Positions 8,609 through 18,957 of a stretch of DNA of 64,000 nucleotides are shown piece after piece. The first letter of the stretch is position 1, and every line of letters begins with the position of its first letter. Position numbers and translations under genes: made by a program. The notes beneath the pieces are model-generated. The model did no database searches, was not told where the DNA came from, and saw only the letters and a list, made by a program, of their open reading frames with translations. Source of the DNA: Sulfuricella denitrificans (GTDB lineage: Bacteria; Pseudomonadota; Gammaproteobacteria; Burkholderiales; Sulfuricellaceae); contig NSJJ01000015.1 in NCBI GenBank assembly GCA_002632355.1, forward strand, positions 8,730 through 72,729. The letters run 5' to 3'.

Positions 8609-11600
8609 ATGCACATAGGGAACATTCGTCCCCTGTCATATTGCGCCAAGCTTCTCTCCTGGCTTGAACTTTTTGCTTTTCTTTTCCTGGCGACATGCCT
8701 GCCTTCCGCCCTGGCTGCGCCTGCCCATAGTCTGAGATTCGAGCACCTGGGCGCCCTTCCGGCAGAAAACCGCACGATTGTGTCGATGCTCCAGGACAAA
8801 CAGGGATTCATGTGGATAGGCACAACAGATGGACTATACCGTTTCGACGGGTACCGTTCGGTGGTTTTCCGGGTCATCCAGGGTGATGCCCGCAGCCTTC
8901 CGGACAATTACATAACCTCATTGCTGGAGGATGAGCATGGCACGATCTGGGTCGGCACGATAAGCGGACTTGCCCGTTTTGATCCCGAGACAAACAATTT
9001 CAGCCATTTCAAGCCCCGCTTGGCCGGGAACAAGAACGACAGCAACTACATCAGAAAAATCATCAGCGATGGCCGTGGCGGCATGTGGCTGGGAACAAGG
9101 GGGGGGCTGCTGCATTTCGACCCCAGGACTGGGCGTTTCCAGATTTTTCGCCACGACGATGCCCGGCCAGACAGCCTGAAAAACAATAACGTATCCGCTC
9201 TTGCGACCGACGCCAAGGGAGGGCTCTGGGTCGGTACCTGGCCAGGAGGGCTTTGCTATCTGCCGCAGGGCGCATCCGGCTTCAAACATTACACGCTTGA
9301 TGCACCTGTTCCAGCCGGATCTATCAGGAACAATCCAGTCAGGGAACTGTTTGTGGACCATGGGCAAAAATTGTGGATAGGAACTGAAATCGGAGCGGTC
9401 GTTTGGCAAACCGGGGCTGACTGGTCCAAAAGGAGGCCCCTCGCCGCCGAAACCGGCCTGAACACCTACCGGGTCAACCAGATTTACGAGGACCGGGAAG
9501 GAACGGTCTGGATCGCCACCATCGGCTCCGGCCTGTTGTCATGGAACGCCAAACAACAGCAATTGGACAGGTACACTCACCAGCATGAGGACAGTTACAG
9601 TCTTTCGAGCGATCAGATCTCCTCGGTTTTTCAGGATCGTTCCGGCACATTCTGGGTCAGCACCCTGGACCAGGGTATTGACCGGGCCGACCTGTCCAGC
9701 AAGGGTTTTGAACGTATTATTCCTCGTGCACTGGCCACAGGAAATTCAAGAATCAGCAACATTATCTCCGTCATTACTCCAGGCACAGCAGGTCGTCTGT
9801 GGGTTGGGGGATCAGACGGTATTTTTCTTCTGGATTTTGCAAGCCGCAAAGTCATCACCAGCGTCCAGCACCTTCCCCAGCAACACGGCTCTTTCTGGGT
9901 ATATGACGCATTTCAGGAAGCAGACGGAACTCTCTGGATCGGCACACAGTTCGGGCTATACCGGCTTGACCGTCCCGGAGGCAAACTTCACGCAATACAT
10001 TTCGGCGACCCTGCAAGCGAATATGTAAATCGCATCCTCCCGGGGAAAGACGGCTTGCTCTGGCTTGGCACCGGCGGGGGGCTGATCCGCTACAACTCCA
10101 GGACTGGCGCCATCAGAAAATATACCCATGACCCCGCAGACCCCGGCAGCCGAGCCACCAATTCCACCACCGTCATTCTGGAAGACCGTGCTGGCCGGTT
10201 ATGGATGGGCGGGTGGTACGCAGGAGGGGGCCTGGATGTCCTTGATCCCGCCACCGGAAAATTTATCCATCACAGCCATGATCCCAGAAATCCTGCCAGT
10301 CTCAGCAATGACTTCATCACCTGCCTCTACGAAGATGAAAAAGCAAATATATGGATATGCACCCAGGATGGCCTCAATCTGGCCACGCCATCGGGTGAAG
10401 GAAAATGGAAATTTCGTGCCTTCACGACAAAGGACGGGCTGGGATCCAACACCATCTCCGCAATCCAGGCAGACAATACAGGAAAACTCTGGATCAGCAC
10501 CAATGCAGGGATCTCATGTCTTGAGCCAGCAACGGGGAAAATCGAAAACCATGCCGTATCAGACGGGATAACGGATGGCATCTTCTATTACAGATCGTCC
10601 CTGCGCTTACCCGACGGAACACTCTATTTTGGAAGCTATAACGGCATCACGGCGGTTCATCCTGAAGCGGTCCAAAGCAATCAGTTTGTGCCTGATGTTG
10701 TCATTAGCGACATCAGCGTTTTCAACAGTTCGCTCATGGGTGCGGAACGCAGCGAAGACGTCAGGCTGGAGGGAACGGTGACAAGCCCCCGATCCCTGAC
10801 CCTGTCATGGGATCAGTCCATGTTCGCTCTGGAGATCGCCGCTCTGCATTTTTCCGATCCCGGTCGCAACCGATACGCTTACCGCCTGGAAGGCTTCGAC
10901 AAAGATTGGGTGATGGCTGATGCCAGCCACCGGCAGGTCACTTACACCAACCTGGATCCGGGCAACTATGTTTTCCGCGCCAGGGCTGCGAGCAAGAATG
11001 GGGTGTGGAACGAGTCTGGTGTCACCTTGCCAATCACTATCACCCCCCCATTCTGGCAAACATGGTGGTTCCGCATTTTGATGGGGCTCATACTGCTCGG
11101 CCTGCTGGCCGCAGCTTACCGCTGGCGACTCCGGAAATTCGCACTCAACGCCTTGCATCTTGAGCAACTGGTTGAGGAACGCTCCGCCGAACTGATCCAG
11201 ATGCGCGACAAGGCGCTGTCGGCAAACCGTGCCAAGAGCGAGTTCCTGGCCAACATGAGCCACGAAATCCGTACGCCCATGAATGCCATTCTGGGCATGG
11301 TGCAACTGGCCCTGCATACCGAGCTCACGCCCAAACAACTCAACTACCTCAAAAAGGTCGACAGCGCTGCAAAATGGCTGCTTGGCATCATCAACGACAT
11401 CCTCGATTTTTCCAAGATCGAAGCCAGAAAGCTGGAGCTGGAACAAGTCAGCTTCCGCCTCGATGATGTCATGGAGCACCTTGCCGACATGACAATGCTG
11501 AAAGCAGAAACCAGGGGACTTGAACTCGTTATCGAAAGGGCAGCAGATGTTCCGGATTCGCTGGTCGGCGACCCTTTGCGTCTGGAACAGATATTGATCA

Positions 11601-13969
11601 ACCTCGTCAACAATGCCATCAAGTTTACTGAAAAGGGCAGGATATCCGTCAACGTGCGGCGGATTCCTGATGACCACGGCGAAGTGCGCCTCCAGTTCAA
11701 TGTTGCCGATACCGGCATCGGGATGACCGATGAACAGCGTGGCCGCCTCTTCACCCCCTTCAGCCAGGCGGACAGTTCTACCACGAGGCAATTTGGCGGC
11801 ACAGGGCTGGGCCTTTCCATATGCAAGCATCTGGTCGAAATAATGGGAGGTGAGATCGGGGTCGAGAGCAGACCCGGAGAGGGAAGTACCTTCTTTTTCT
11901 CTGCCCGCTTTGGTGCCTGGAATAATGGAGAAAATGAGGAGAAATGCGATGCTGCCGCTTCAGGAAAACAGGACTGGAAAAACCTGGCCAAATCACTTGC
12001 CGGGGCCAGGATTCTTCTTGTTGAAGACAATGTCGTTAACCGGGAACTGATGCTGGAAATTCTCAACAACGCGGGCATTCGTGCCGATGCTGCCTGCAAT
12101 GGCGCAGAAGCCGTGGAGAGAGTCGGCCTGGAGAGATACGATGCCGTGTTCATGGATTGCCAGATGCCGCTAATGGATGGCTTTGAAGCAACGCGACTTA
12201 TACGTTCCGACGAACGTTTCCATGAACTGCCCATCATAGCGCTTACCGCAAATGCAACACATGAAGCACGTGAGCAATGTATCGCATCCGGCATGAACGA
12301 CCATGTTTTCAAGCCGGTTCATGTCGCCGAGTTATTTTCAACGCTGGTTCGCTGGGTTCACCCTCATTCTCGCCACGAAAGCCAGGATGCACCAACTGAA
12401 GTCAGTCAGAATGAAAGCACCATTCCATACCCGGCTGGTGTAAACATTCAGGAGGCCATGGACATCGTCGACGGGAATGTGAGCCTGTATAAAAAATTGC
12501 TGCGTTTATTCCGCGATGAATATTCTGATATTTTTAATCGTATCGCTGCGGCGTATGAAGCGGACGATTTCGAAGACGCATCCAGATTGACGCACACTCT
12601 GAAAGGCGAGGCGGGAAACATCGGCGCAGAAGACCTGGCCAGGAAGGCAAGGGAACTTGAATCGGCGCTCCGGCAACAGCAAACGGAACATGTTGCGCCC
12701 TTGCTGGAAAGTGTAAGGGAAGCTGTCGTCTCCCTTATCGCCGGAATCGACCGGACCCTGGAACAAGGCCCGGTCGAGGTCAAGACGCCTCCTCCACAAG
12801 ACGGTAACGATGCGGATATAAGCGAACTTCTGCCGCAGATACGTGAACTTGCCAAGTTACTGGCAGAGTACGATGCCGACACGCTTGATCATATTTCTTA
12901 CCTGAAAGAAAATCTGCATGGCCGTTCCATGGAAAAGGATTTCATCGATTTTTTCACGAAAGCAACCCGATATGATTTCAGCGGCGCTCTCTCCTCCCTG
13001 AGCGAACTCTCTGTCAAACTCGGCCTGCCATTAGCCACTGAGAATGCAATTGCTATAGCAACGCCTGAAAGCAGGCACACGATTCTGGTGATGGATGACT
13101 CGCCGTCAAATATCGATCTGTTGCAAGAAGCCCTCAGAACGGATTACCGTCTGCAGATTTCAATTAATGGCGAAACCGCGCTCCGCATTGCCAATTTCCG
13201 AAACAAGCCGGACCTAATCCTGCTGGACGTTACGATGCCTGGATTAAGTGGTTACGAGGTTTGCCAGAGACTCAAGGAAAACCCTGAAACACAGAATATT
13301 CCAGTAATTTTCGTGACCGCTCTTTGCAGCGCTGCCGAAGAAGAGCTTGGATTGAAACTGGGCGCCGTGGATTACATTACCAAGCCCATCAGCCCGCCTA
13401 TTGTCCGGGCCAGGGTAAAAAATCACATTGCGCTCAAATTAAAAGAGAAACTGCTGGAATCACAGGCACTGCTGGACCCACTGACCAACATCCCGAACCG
13501 CCGTCGTTTCGATCAGGCACTGGATACTGAATGGAAGCGCAGCGTCCGCACAGGCGCCCCTCTGGCTGTGATTATGCTGGACGTGGACAATTTCAAGACA
13601 TACAACGATGGATATGGGCATGGCGCAGGAGACACCTGTTTATGCAAAGTTGCTGAAACGCTGGCGACCGAAACAATTTCCAGATCCTCTGATCTTATAG
13701 CACGTTATGGGGGTGAAGAATTTATCGTCTTGCTTCCGGATACCGACCTGAACGGCGCCAGACTGCTGGCAGATAGACTTTGCAGCAGCATCGAGGCGTT
13801 GCATATTCCTCACCAATATTCCTCTGCTGCTCCCTGGGTCACGATTAGCTGTGGATATGTTTCCATGACCCCGGAAGAGCATGAGATGGCTGGAGAACTC
13901 ATTGAAAAGGCGGACCAGATGCTCTACAAGGCAAAGACATCCGGGCGCAATCGCACTCATGGTCCATAA
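8609..13969 (+). CDS. Hybrid sensor: two-component regulator propeller repeats, Y_Y_Y, TM, HisKA, HATPase, REC, Hpt, REC, GGDEF diguanylate cyclase
   Basis: About 14 (E/Q)D..G.(L/I)W.GT..GL repeats; [12 protein letters not shown]...[11 protein letters not shown]; [11 protein letters not shown]; H-box [15 protein letters not shown]; N, G1, F and G2 boxes; REC (FMDCQMP); Hpt ([12 protein letters not shown]); REC (LLDVTMP); RSSD I-site plus RYGGEEF. Confidence 0.93.
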   Translation: MHIGNIRPLSYCAKLLSWLELFAFLFLATCLPSALAAPAHSLRFEHLGALPAENRTIVSMLQDKQGFMWIGTTDGLYRFDGYRSVVFRVIQGDARSLPDNYITSLLEDEHGTIWVGTISGLARFDPETNNFSHFKPRLAGNKNDSNYIRKIISDGRGGMWLGTRGGLLHFDPRTGRFQIFRHDDARPDSLKNNNVSALATDAKGGLWVGTWPGGLCYLPQGASGFKHYTLDAPVPAGSIRNNPVRELFVDHGQKLWIGTEIGAVVWQTGADWSKRRPLAAETGLNTYRVNQIYEDREGTVWIATIGSGLLSWNAKQQQLDRYTHQHEDSYSLSSDQISSVFQDRSGTFWVSTLDQGIDRADLSSKGFERIIPRALATGNSRISNIISVITPGTAGRLWVGGSDGIFLLDFASRKVITSVQHLPQQHGSFWVYDAFQEADGTLWIGTQFGLYRLDRPGGKLHAIHFGDPASEYVNRILPGKDGLLWLGTGGGLIRYNSRTGAIRKYTHDPADPGSRATNSTTVILEDRAGRLWMGGWYAGGGLDVLDPATGKFIHHSHDPRNPASLSNDFITCLYEDEKANIWICTQDGLNLATPSGEGKWKFRAFTTKDGLGSNTISAIQADNTGKLWISTNAGISCLEPATGKIENHAVSDGITDGIFYYRSSLRLPDGTLYFGSYNGITAVHPEAVQSNQFVPDVVISDISVFNSSLMGAERSEDVRLEGTVTSPRSLTLSWDQSMFALEIAALHFSDPGRNRYAYRLEGFDKDWVMADASHRQVTYTNLDPGNYVFRARAASKNGVWNESGVTLPITITPPFWQTWWFRILMGLILLGLLAAAYRWRLRKFALNALHLEQLVEERSAELIQMRDKALSANRAKSEFLANMSHEIRTPMNAILGMVQLALHTELTPKQLNYLKKVDSAAKWLLGIINDILDFSKIEARKLELEQVSFRLDDVMEHLADMTMLKAETRGLELVIERAADVPDSLVGDPLRLEQILINLVNNAIKFTEKGRISVNVRRIPDDHGEVRLQFNVADTGIGMTDEQRGRLFTPFSQADSSTTRQFGGTGLGLSICKHLVEIMGGEIGVESRPGEGSTFFFSARFGAWNNGENEEKCDAAASGKQDWKNLAKSLAGARILLVEDNVVNRELMLEILNNAGIRADAACNGAEAVERVGLERYDAVFMDCQMPLMDGFEATRLIRSDERFHELPIIALTANATHEAREQCIASGMNDHVFKPVHVAELFSTLVRWVHPHSRHESQDAPTEVSQNESTIPYPAGVNIQEAMDIVDGNVSLYKKLLRLFRDEYSDIFNRIAAAYEADDFEDASRLTHTLKGEAGNIGAEDLARKARELESALRQQQTEHVAPLLESVREAVVSLIAGIDRTLEQGPVEVKTPPPQDGNDADISELLPQIRELAKLLAEYDADTLDHISYLKENLHGRSMEKDFIDFFTKATRYDFSGALSSLSELSVKLGLPLATENAIAIATPESRHTILVMDDSPSNIDLLQEALRTDYRLQISINGETALRIANFRNKPDLILLDVTMPGLSGYEVCQRLKENPETQNIPVIFVTALCSAAEEELGLKLGAVDYITKPISPPIVRARVKNHIALKLKEKLLESQALLDPLTNIPNRRRFDQALDTEWKRSVRTGAPLAVIMLDVDNFKTYNDGYGHGAGDTCLCKVAETLATETISRSSDLIARYGGEEFIVLLPDTDLNGARLLADRLCSSIEALHIPHQYSSAAPWVTISCGYVSMTPEEHEMAGELIEKADQMLYKAKTSGRNRTHGP

Positions 13970-14057
13970 ATCACTTCCTAACCACAGAAGCCGCTCTGAT
14001 TAAGCAAATATCTCATAATTCTGGCCTGGTCTTTTCAACCAGCATTATTGCGCCAGC

Positions 14058-16046
14058 TTACTTCCTGGCCGGGGTGTCTGGTCTTTGCCGGTGGAAAGTG
14101 ACCGGCGCTGAGGCTGGCTCGCATGAGGGCGACGGCATATTCAGGACGTGCTTCTTCATCTTGCCCATGACGTGCATTTCGCACGCCTTGCAATCGAATA
14201 TCAGCGTCAGCCGCTCTTTGCCATTCTGCAGCGTCATCGGTTCGGCGCGTACCTGGCCCTGAACGCCGGTCACCCCCTTGGCCTGCTTCGGGCACAGGCT
14301 GAACGAGTAGCGCAGGCAGTGCTTGGTGATCATCAGCGATACCTCCCCCGTTTCCTCATGCGCCTCGTAGGCCGCTGCAATCAGCCTGACGCCGTGCCGC
14401 TCGTAGAATGCCCGCGCTGCCCGGTTGTAGACATTGGCGAGATAGGAAAGCGTCTCTTCCGGATAAGCAACCGGCGGTTCCACGGCAGGTTTGCGCAGCG
14501 GGCGCGCATAAGCCTTGAGGCGGGCGGCTTCCAGTTGTCCGACCGCCTCGCGGCGCAACTTGTTGGCAAGAGATGAAGGCACGAACCACGGCTGGCTCCA
14601 TTTGATGGCGAGCACCTGCAGCGAGAAAAGGGTATTACCGAAGCGGTCGAGCTGTTCGCGCAATGCGCTTTCTGCCTCGGCCGGATTCTGCGCCGGCTGC
14701 CTGTCGAATGGGAGGGAAGCCGTTGCCCGGATGCCGTCGCTGTCCTGCAGCGTCAGGCTGAAGCCGTCTGCGCTTTCCTCGAAGCATGCGCTCACATCGA
14801 TGCGGCGCTCGGCAGATTTCTTCGTCAGCGCCTGATCCCAGGCATGGTCGCGGTTGCGGCTGAGCGACACCCCCGCTTTCAGGCCCGGCAGGGCTGCGAT
14901 CGGCTCGTTCGGCCACACGCGCCAGAGTCTCGTCTTTCCGGCGGGTTCGGCGCGGTTGGCCTGGATGCCAACCACCTCGCGCTTGTGCAGATAGGTCAGG
15001 CCGTCGCCGTTGGCGAGCGGCTCGTCAGCTTCCAGTTCAAACCAGTCCGGCCCGACGCGCGTCACCGTGCCGAGTGGAACGCCGACGAAGGCCGGGGTAT
15101 CGAAAGCGCCGATATCGGCCTTGCGTCCGGTGGAAAAATAGTCGGTCGCGCCGCGGTGAAAAGTCTTGTCCGGATTGGGTGTGAAAAGCAGCCGGGTACG
15201 CCCGCTCGAGGCAGCCGCCAGTTCCGGCCGTTCGGCCAGTATCCCGTCGAGCAGCTGGCGGTAATGGCCGGTGATGTTCTTGACGTAGGCGACTTCCTTG
15301 TAACGCCCCTCGATCTTGAAGCTCCGCACCCCGGCATCGACCAGCGCGCGCAGGTTGGCACTCTGGTTGTTGTCCTTGACCGACAGCAGATGCTTGTCGA
15401 AAGCCACCACCCGGCCCTTAGAATCCTGCAGGGTATAGGGCAGACGGCAGGCCTGGGAGCAGTCGCCACGGTTGGCGCTGCGCCCGGTCTGCGCATGGCT
15501 GATGTAGCACTGGCCGGAGAAGGCCACGCACAGCGCACCGTGAATGAAATGCTCGATTGCGGTATCGGCAGGTACGGCCGCACGCACGGCGGTGATCTGT
15601 TGCAGCGTCAGTTCGCGCGCCAGGACGATTTGCGAAAAACCGACATCGGCGAGGAAACGCGCCTTTTCCGGCGTGCGGATGTCGCACTGGGTCGAGGCAT
15701 GCAGGTCGATCGGCGGCAGGTCGAGTTCCAGCAGCCCCATGTCCTGCACGATCAGCGCATCGACCCCGGCATCGTAGAATTCGTGGATCAGGCGGCGCGC
15801 GGATTCCAGCTCGGCATCGTGCAGGATGGTGTTGAGGGTGACGTAGATGCGCGCCCGGTAGCGGTGCGCGAATTCCACCAGCGAGGCGATCTCGCTGACC
15901 GTGTTGACCGCGTTGTGGCGCGCACCGAAAGACGGCCCGCCGATATACACCGCGTCCGCGCCGTGCAGGATGGCCTCGCGGCCAATCGCGGCAGTCTTCG
16001 CCGGGGCGAGCAGTTCGAGAAAATGAGAGGGCGTATTTCCGGACAA
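14058..16046 (-). CDS. rlhA: U32 family protein, 23S rRNA C2501 hydroxylase RlhA (YdcP)-like
   Basis: LELLAPA, GADAVYIG, HASTQ, EHFIHGALCVAFSGQCY, NRGDCSQACR and KIEGR motifs; about 660 aa with C-terminal LMITKHCLR..L..CPK region (DUF3656-like). Confidence 0.85.
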   Translation of the reverse strand: MSGNTPSHFLELLAPAKTAAIGREAILHGADAVYIGGPSFGARHNAVNTVSEIASLVEFAHRYRARIYVTLNTILHDAELESARRLIHEFYDAGVDALIVQDMGLLELDLPPIDLHASTQCDIRTPEKARFLADVGFSQIVLARELTLQQITAVRAAVPADTAIEHFIHGALCVAFSGQCYISHAQTGRSANRGDCSQACRLPYTLQDSKGRVVAFDKHLLSVKDNNQSANLRALVDAGVRSFKIEGRYKEVAYVKNITGHYRQLLDGILAERPELAAASSGRTRLLFTPNPDKTFHRGATDYFSTGRKADIGAFDTPAFVGVPLGTVTRVGPDWFELEADEPLANGDGLTYLHKREVVGIQANRAEPAGKTRLWRVWPNEPIAALPGLKAGVSLSRNRDHAWDQALTKKSAERRIDVSACFEESADGFSLTLQDSDGIRATASLPFDRQPAQNPAEAESALREQLDRFGNTLFSLQVLAIKWSQPWFVPSSLANKLRREAVGQLEAARLKAYARPLRKPAVEPPVAYPEETLSYLANVYNRAARAFYERHGVRLIAAAYEAHEETGEVSLMITKHCLRYSFSLCPKQAKGVTGVQGQVRAEPMTLQNGKERLTLIFDCKACEMHVMGKMKKHVLNMPSPSCEPASAPVTFHRQRPDTPARK

Positions 16047-16153
16047 GATTTAACCTGGGTATGGTTGAAAAACAGCATATGGCGCGAAGGCGAATTTTAC
16101 CCCAGAACCAGGCCGCACGATCGCTGCATCCGGCATGCAGTCACCCCAGCAGA

Positions 16154-16177
16154 TATAATGAAATGATTATTTTCATT
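16154..16177 (+). promoter_or_regulatory. TATAAT -10 element overlapped by a 7-7-7 inverted repeat (candidate operator) in the divergent rlhA/hrpB spacer
   Basis: TATAAT at 16154-16159; AATGAAA (16157-16163), N7, TTTCATT (16171-16177). Confidence 0.45.
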
Positions 16178-16195
16178 CCCAGCCCGCCTTCCCAC

Positions 16196-18733
16196 GTGAC
16201 CAGACCCCTTCCCATCGACGCGATCCTGTCCGAGCTGCGCACCGCGCTTGCCGCCCACTCGGCGGTCGTGCTCGAAGCGCCGCCGGGGGCGGGCAAGACC
16301 ACCCGCATCCCGCTCGCCCTGCTCGACGAACCCTGGCTTAGCGGACAGTCCATCGTGATGCTCGAGCCGCGCCGCCTTGCCGCGCGCGGGGCCGCCGTGT
16401 TCATGGCCGCCGAGCTGGGCGAGGAAGCGGGCGAACGGATCGGCTACCGGGTGCGCTTCGAAAACCGGGTGTCGAAACGTACCCGCGTCGAGGTCGTGAC
16501 CGAGGGCATCCTCACCCGCCGCCTGCAGCACGACCCGGAACTGGCCGGCGTGGGGCTGGTGATCTTCGACGAGTTCCACGAGCGCAATCTCCACAGCGAC
16601 CTCGCCCTGGCGCTGTGTCGCGACGCCCAGAGCGGACTGCGCGAGGACCTGAAAATCCTGGTGATGTCAGCCACCCTTGACGGCGCACGCATCTCTGACC
16701 TGCTCGACGCCCCGCTGGTACGCAGCGCGGGGCGCAGCCACCCGGTCGAGGTGCGCTACCGGGCGGGCAGCGGCGCAGCATCCCAGCCCGGAGAGATGGC
16801 CCAGGCCATGGCACGGGCGGTGGCGGACGCCGCCGGCGAAACGGGTGGAGACATCCTCGCCTTCCTCCCCGGTTCCGGCGAAATCCGCCGTGTCGAGGCC
16901 CTGCTCGCCGAACGCGCGGCCCTCCCCGGCGCGCCCCTGGTCCATCCGCTCTACGGCGATCTGCCCTTCGAGCGCCAGCAGGCGGCCATCGCGCCCGATC
17001 CGCAGGGACGGCGCAAGATCATTCTCGCCACGGCCATCGCCGAGACCTCGCTCACCATCGAGGGCATTACCACCGTGATCGACAGCGGCTGGCGGCGGGT
17101 GCCGCGCTTCGACCCGCCGAGCGGGCTGACCCGCCTGGAAACGGTGCGCGTCTCGCGCGCCTCGGCCGAGCAGCGTGCTGGACGCGCCGGGCGTCTCGGG
17201 CCGGGTATCTGCCTGCGGCTGTGGAACGAGGACATCCAGCGCGGCCTGGTCGCCTTCAACATCCCGGAAATCCTCGAAGCCGACCTCGCCCCCCTCGCGC
17301 TCGAACTGGCCCAATGGGGAGTGAACGATGCCGCCACGCTGACCTGGCTCGACCCGCCCCCCGCCGCTGCCCTGGCCCAGGGGCGCGAACTGCTGCAACA
17401 GCTCGAAGCCCTGGACAGTGCCGGACATATCACTGCCCTGGGGCGGGAGATGGCCGGGTTGCCGCTCCATCCGCGCCTCGCCCACATGCTGCTGCGCGGC
17501 CGGGAGATGGGGCTCGGCACCCTCGCCTGCGACATGGCTGCCGTGGCCGCCGGGCGAGACCCGCTACGCGCCCTTGAAGGCGAGCACCGCTGCGATTTCG
17601 CCCTGCGGGTGGAAGCCCTGCGTGCCCATCGCAACCACGGCAACGCCGGGGTGCGCCGTTTCAGCGCCGACCCCAACGCCTGCGCCGCCGCCGAGCGTGC
17701 CGCGCGCCAGTGGCGCCATTTGCTGGGTTTGGAGGCGGAAAACGTCGAGATGGACGAAGCGGCCATCGGCCTGCTCCTCGCCCTGGCTTACCCGGACCGC
17801 ATCGCCCAGCGCCGCAGTGAGGGCGAGGGGCGCTACCTGCTCGCCAACGGGCGCGGCGCCCGGCTGCTGCCGGGCTGTGCCGGCGGCCCGCCGCTGCTGG
17901 TGGCCGCCAGCCTCGACGGCAAGGGCGACGAGGGGCGCATCTTCCTCGCCGCCGCGCTCGACGCGGACGACCTCACGCGGCAGTTCGGCGAGAAACTGGC
18001 GTGGCAGCCGGTGGTGCGCTGGGAGCGCCAGACCCAGGCGGTGCTGGCGCGCGAAGAACGCCGTCTCGGCGCCCTGATGCTGGCGCAACGCCCGCTGCCG
18101 GCGGGTTCCGCCCAAGCGGCGACGGTGCAGGCCATGCTCGACGGTGTGCGCGACCTCGGCGTCGAAGCCTTGCCCTGGAACGAGGAAGCGCGCCAGCTTC
18201 AGGCACGGATCGCCTCGCTGCGGCAGTGGCAGCCCGGCGCCGGCTGGCCCGATCTTTCTGACACCGCATTGCTCGCCTCGCTGGAAGACTGGCTTGCGCC
18301 CTATCTCGAAGGCGTCACCCGGCGCGACCATCTCGCCCGGCTCGACCTGCCCGCTATCCTCAAGGCCCGTCTCGACTGGGACCGGCAGCAGCAACTCGAA
18401 ATCCTCGCCCCAACCCACATCACCGTGCCGAGCGGCTCGCGCAAGCGCCTGGAATATTTCCCCGACGGCGCCCCGCCGGTGCTGGCGGTCAAACTCCAGG
18501 AACTGTTCGGCCTCGCCCGCACCCCCGCCGTCGCCAACGGCCAGGTCGCGCTGATGCTCCACCTGCTCTCCCCCGCCCAGCGCCCGATCCAGGTCACGCG
18601 CGACTTGAAGAATTTCTGGGACCACACCTACCCTGAGGTGAAGAAGGAACTCAAAGGCCGCTACCCCAAACACCCCTGGCCCGACGACCCGTGGAACGCC
18701 ATACCGACGGCGAGGGCCAAGCCGCGCTCATGA
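16196..18733 (+). CDS. hrpB: ATP-dependent RNA helicase HrpB
   Basis: APPGAGKTT, EPRRLAAR, DEFHER, MSAT, ATAIAETSLTIEG, QRAGRAGR and HrpB C-terminus (LAVKLQELFG...KGRYPKHPWPDDP). Likely GTG start at 16196; ORF is open from 16061. Confidence 0.95.
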   Translation: MTRPLPIDAILSELRTALAAHSAVVLEAPPGAGKTTRIPLALLDEPWLSGQSIVMLEPRRLAARGAAVFMAAELGEEAGERIGYRVRFENRVSKRTRVEVVTEGILTRRLQHDPELAGVGLVIFDEFHERNLHSDLALALCRDAQSGLREDLKILVMSATLDGARISDLLDAPLVRSAGRSHPVEVRYRAGSGAASQPGEMAQAMARAVADAAGETGGDILAFLPGSGEIRRVEALLAERAALPGAPLVHPLYGDLPFERQQAAIAPDPQGRRKIILATAIAETSLTIEGITTVIDSGWRRVPRFDPPSGLTRLETVRVSRASAEQRAGRAGRLGPGICLRLWNEDIQRGLVAFNIPEILEADLAPLALELAQWGVNDAATLTWLDPPPAAALAQGRELLQQLEALDSAGHITALGREMAGLPLHPRLAHMLLRGREMGLGTLACDMAAVAAGRDPLRALEGEHRCDFALRVEALRAHRNHGNAGVRRFSADPNACAAAERAARQWRHLLGLEAENVEMDEAAIGLLLALAYPDRIAQRRSEGEGRYLLANGRGARLLPGCAGGPPLLVAASLDGKGDEGRIFLAAALDADDLTRQFGEKLAWQPVVRWERQTQAVLAREERRLGALMLAQRPLPAGSAQAATVQAMLDGVRDLGVEALPWNEEARQLQARIASLRQWQPGAGWPDLSDTALLASLEDWLAPYLEGVTRRDHLARLDLPAILKARLDWDRQQQLEILAPTHITVPSGSRKRLEYFPDGAPPVLAVKLQELFGLARTPAVANGQVALMLHLLSPAQRPIQVTRDLKNFWDHTYPEVKKELKGRYPKHPWPDDPWNAIPTARAKPRS

Positions 18734-18957
18734 AGTGAACGGGTGAAGAATCGGGTTGCAGTTCGCTTTGAAGGGCTGGAGGTCAACCAAAATGGATGTC
18801 GGAGGCACGGGCATGTAGGCGCAGCTATGTGACAGAACCGGATATTGGCATTTGAAATCCAGAGCACTCTGGAATAGTTGATACCAGTATTGGTAATGCC
18901 CCTCTTTGGTTCGTCAATAGAGTTGTATAATCGCCAAGGGGTTTGATTGGATGAAAA

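Noticed and set aside
8800-10650. Recurring TGGATCGGCAC-like DNA motifs
   Set aside because: They encode the W(I/V)GT beta-propeller blades; this is protein-level repetition, not a DNA repeat element.
14844-18673. Long alternative ORFs over rlhA and hrpB (e.g. 14844..16166, 17564..18673)
   Set aside because: Stop-poor shadows of very GC-rich genes with Arg/Ala/Pro-biased translations.
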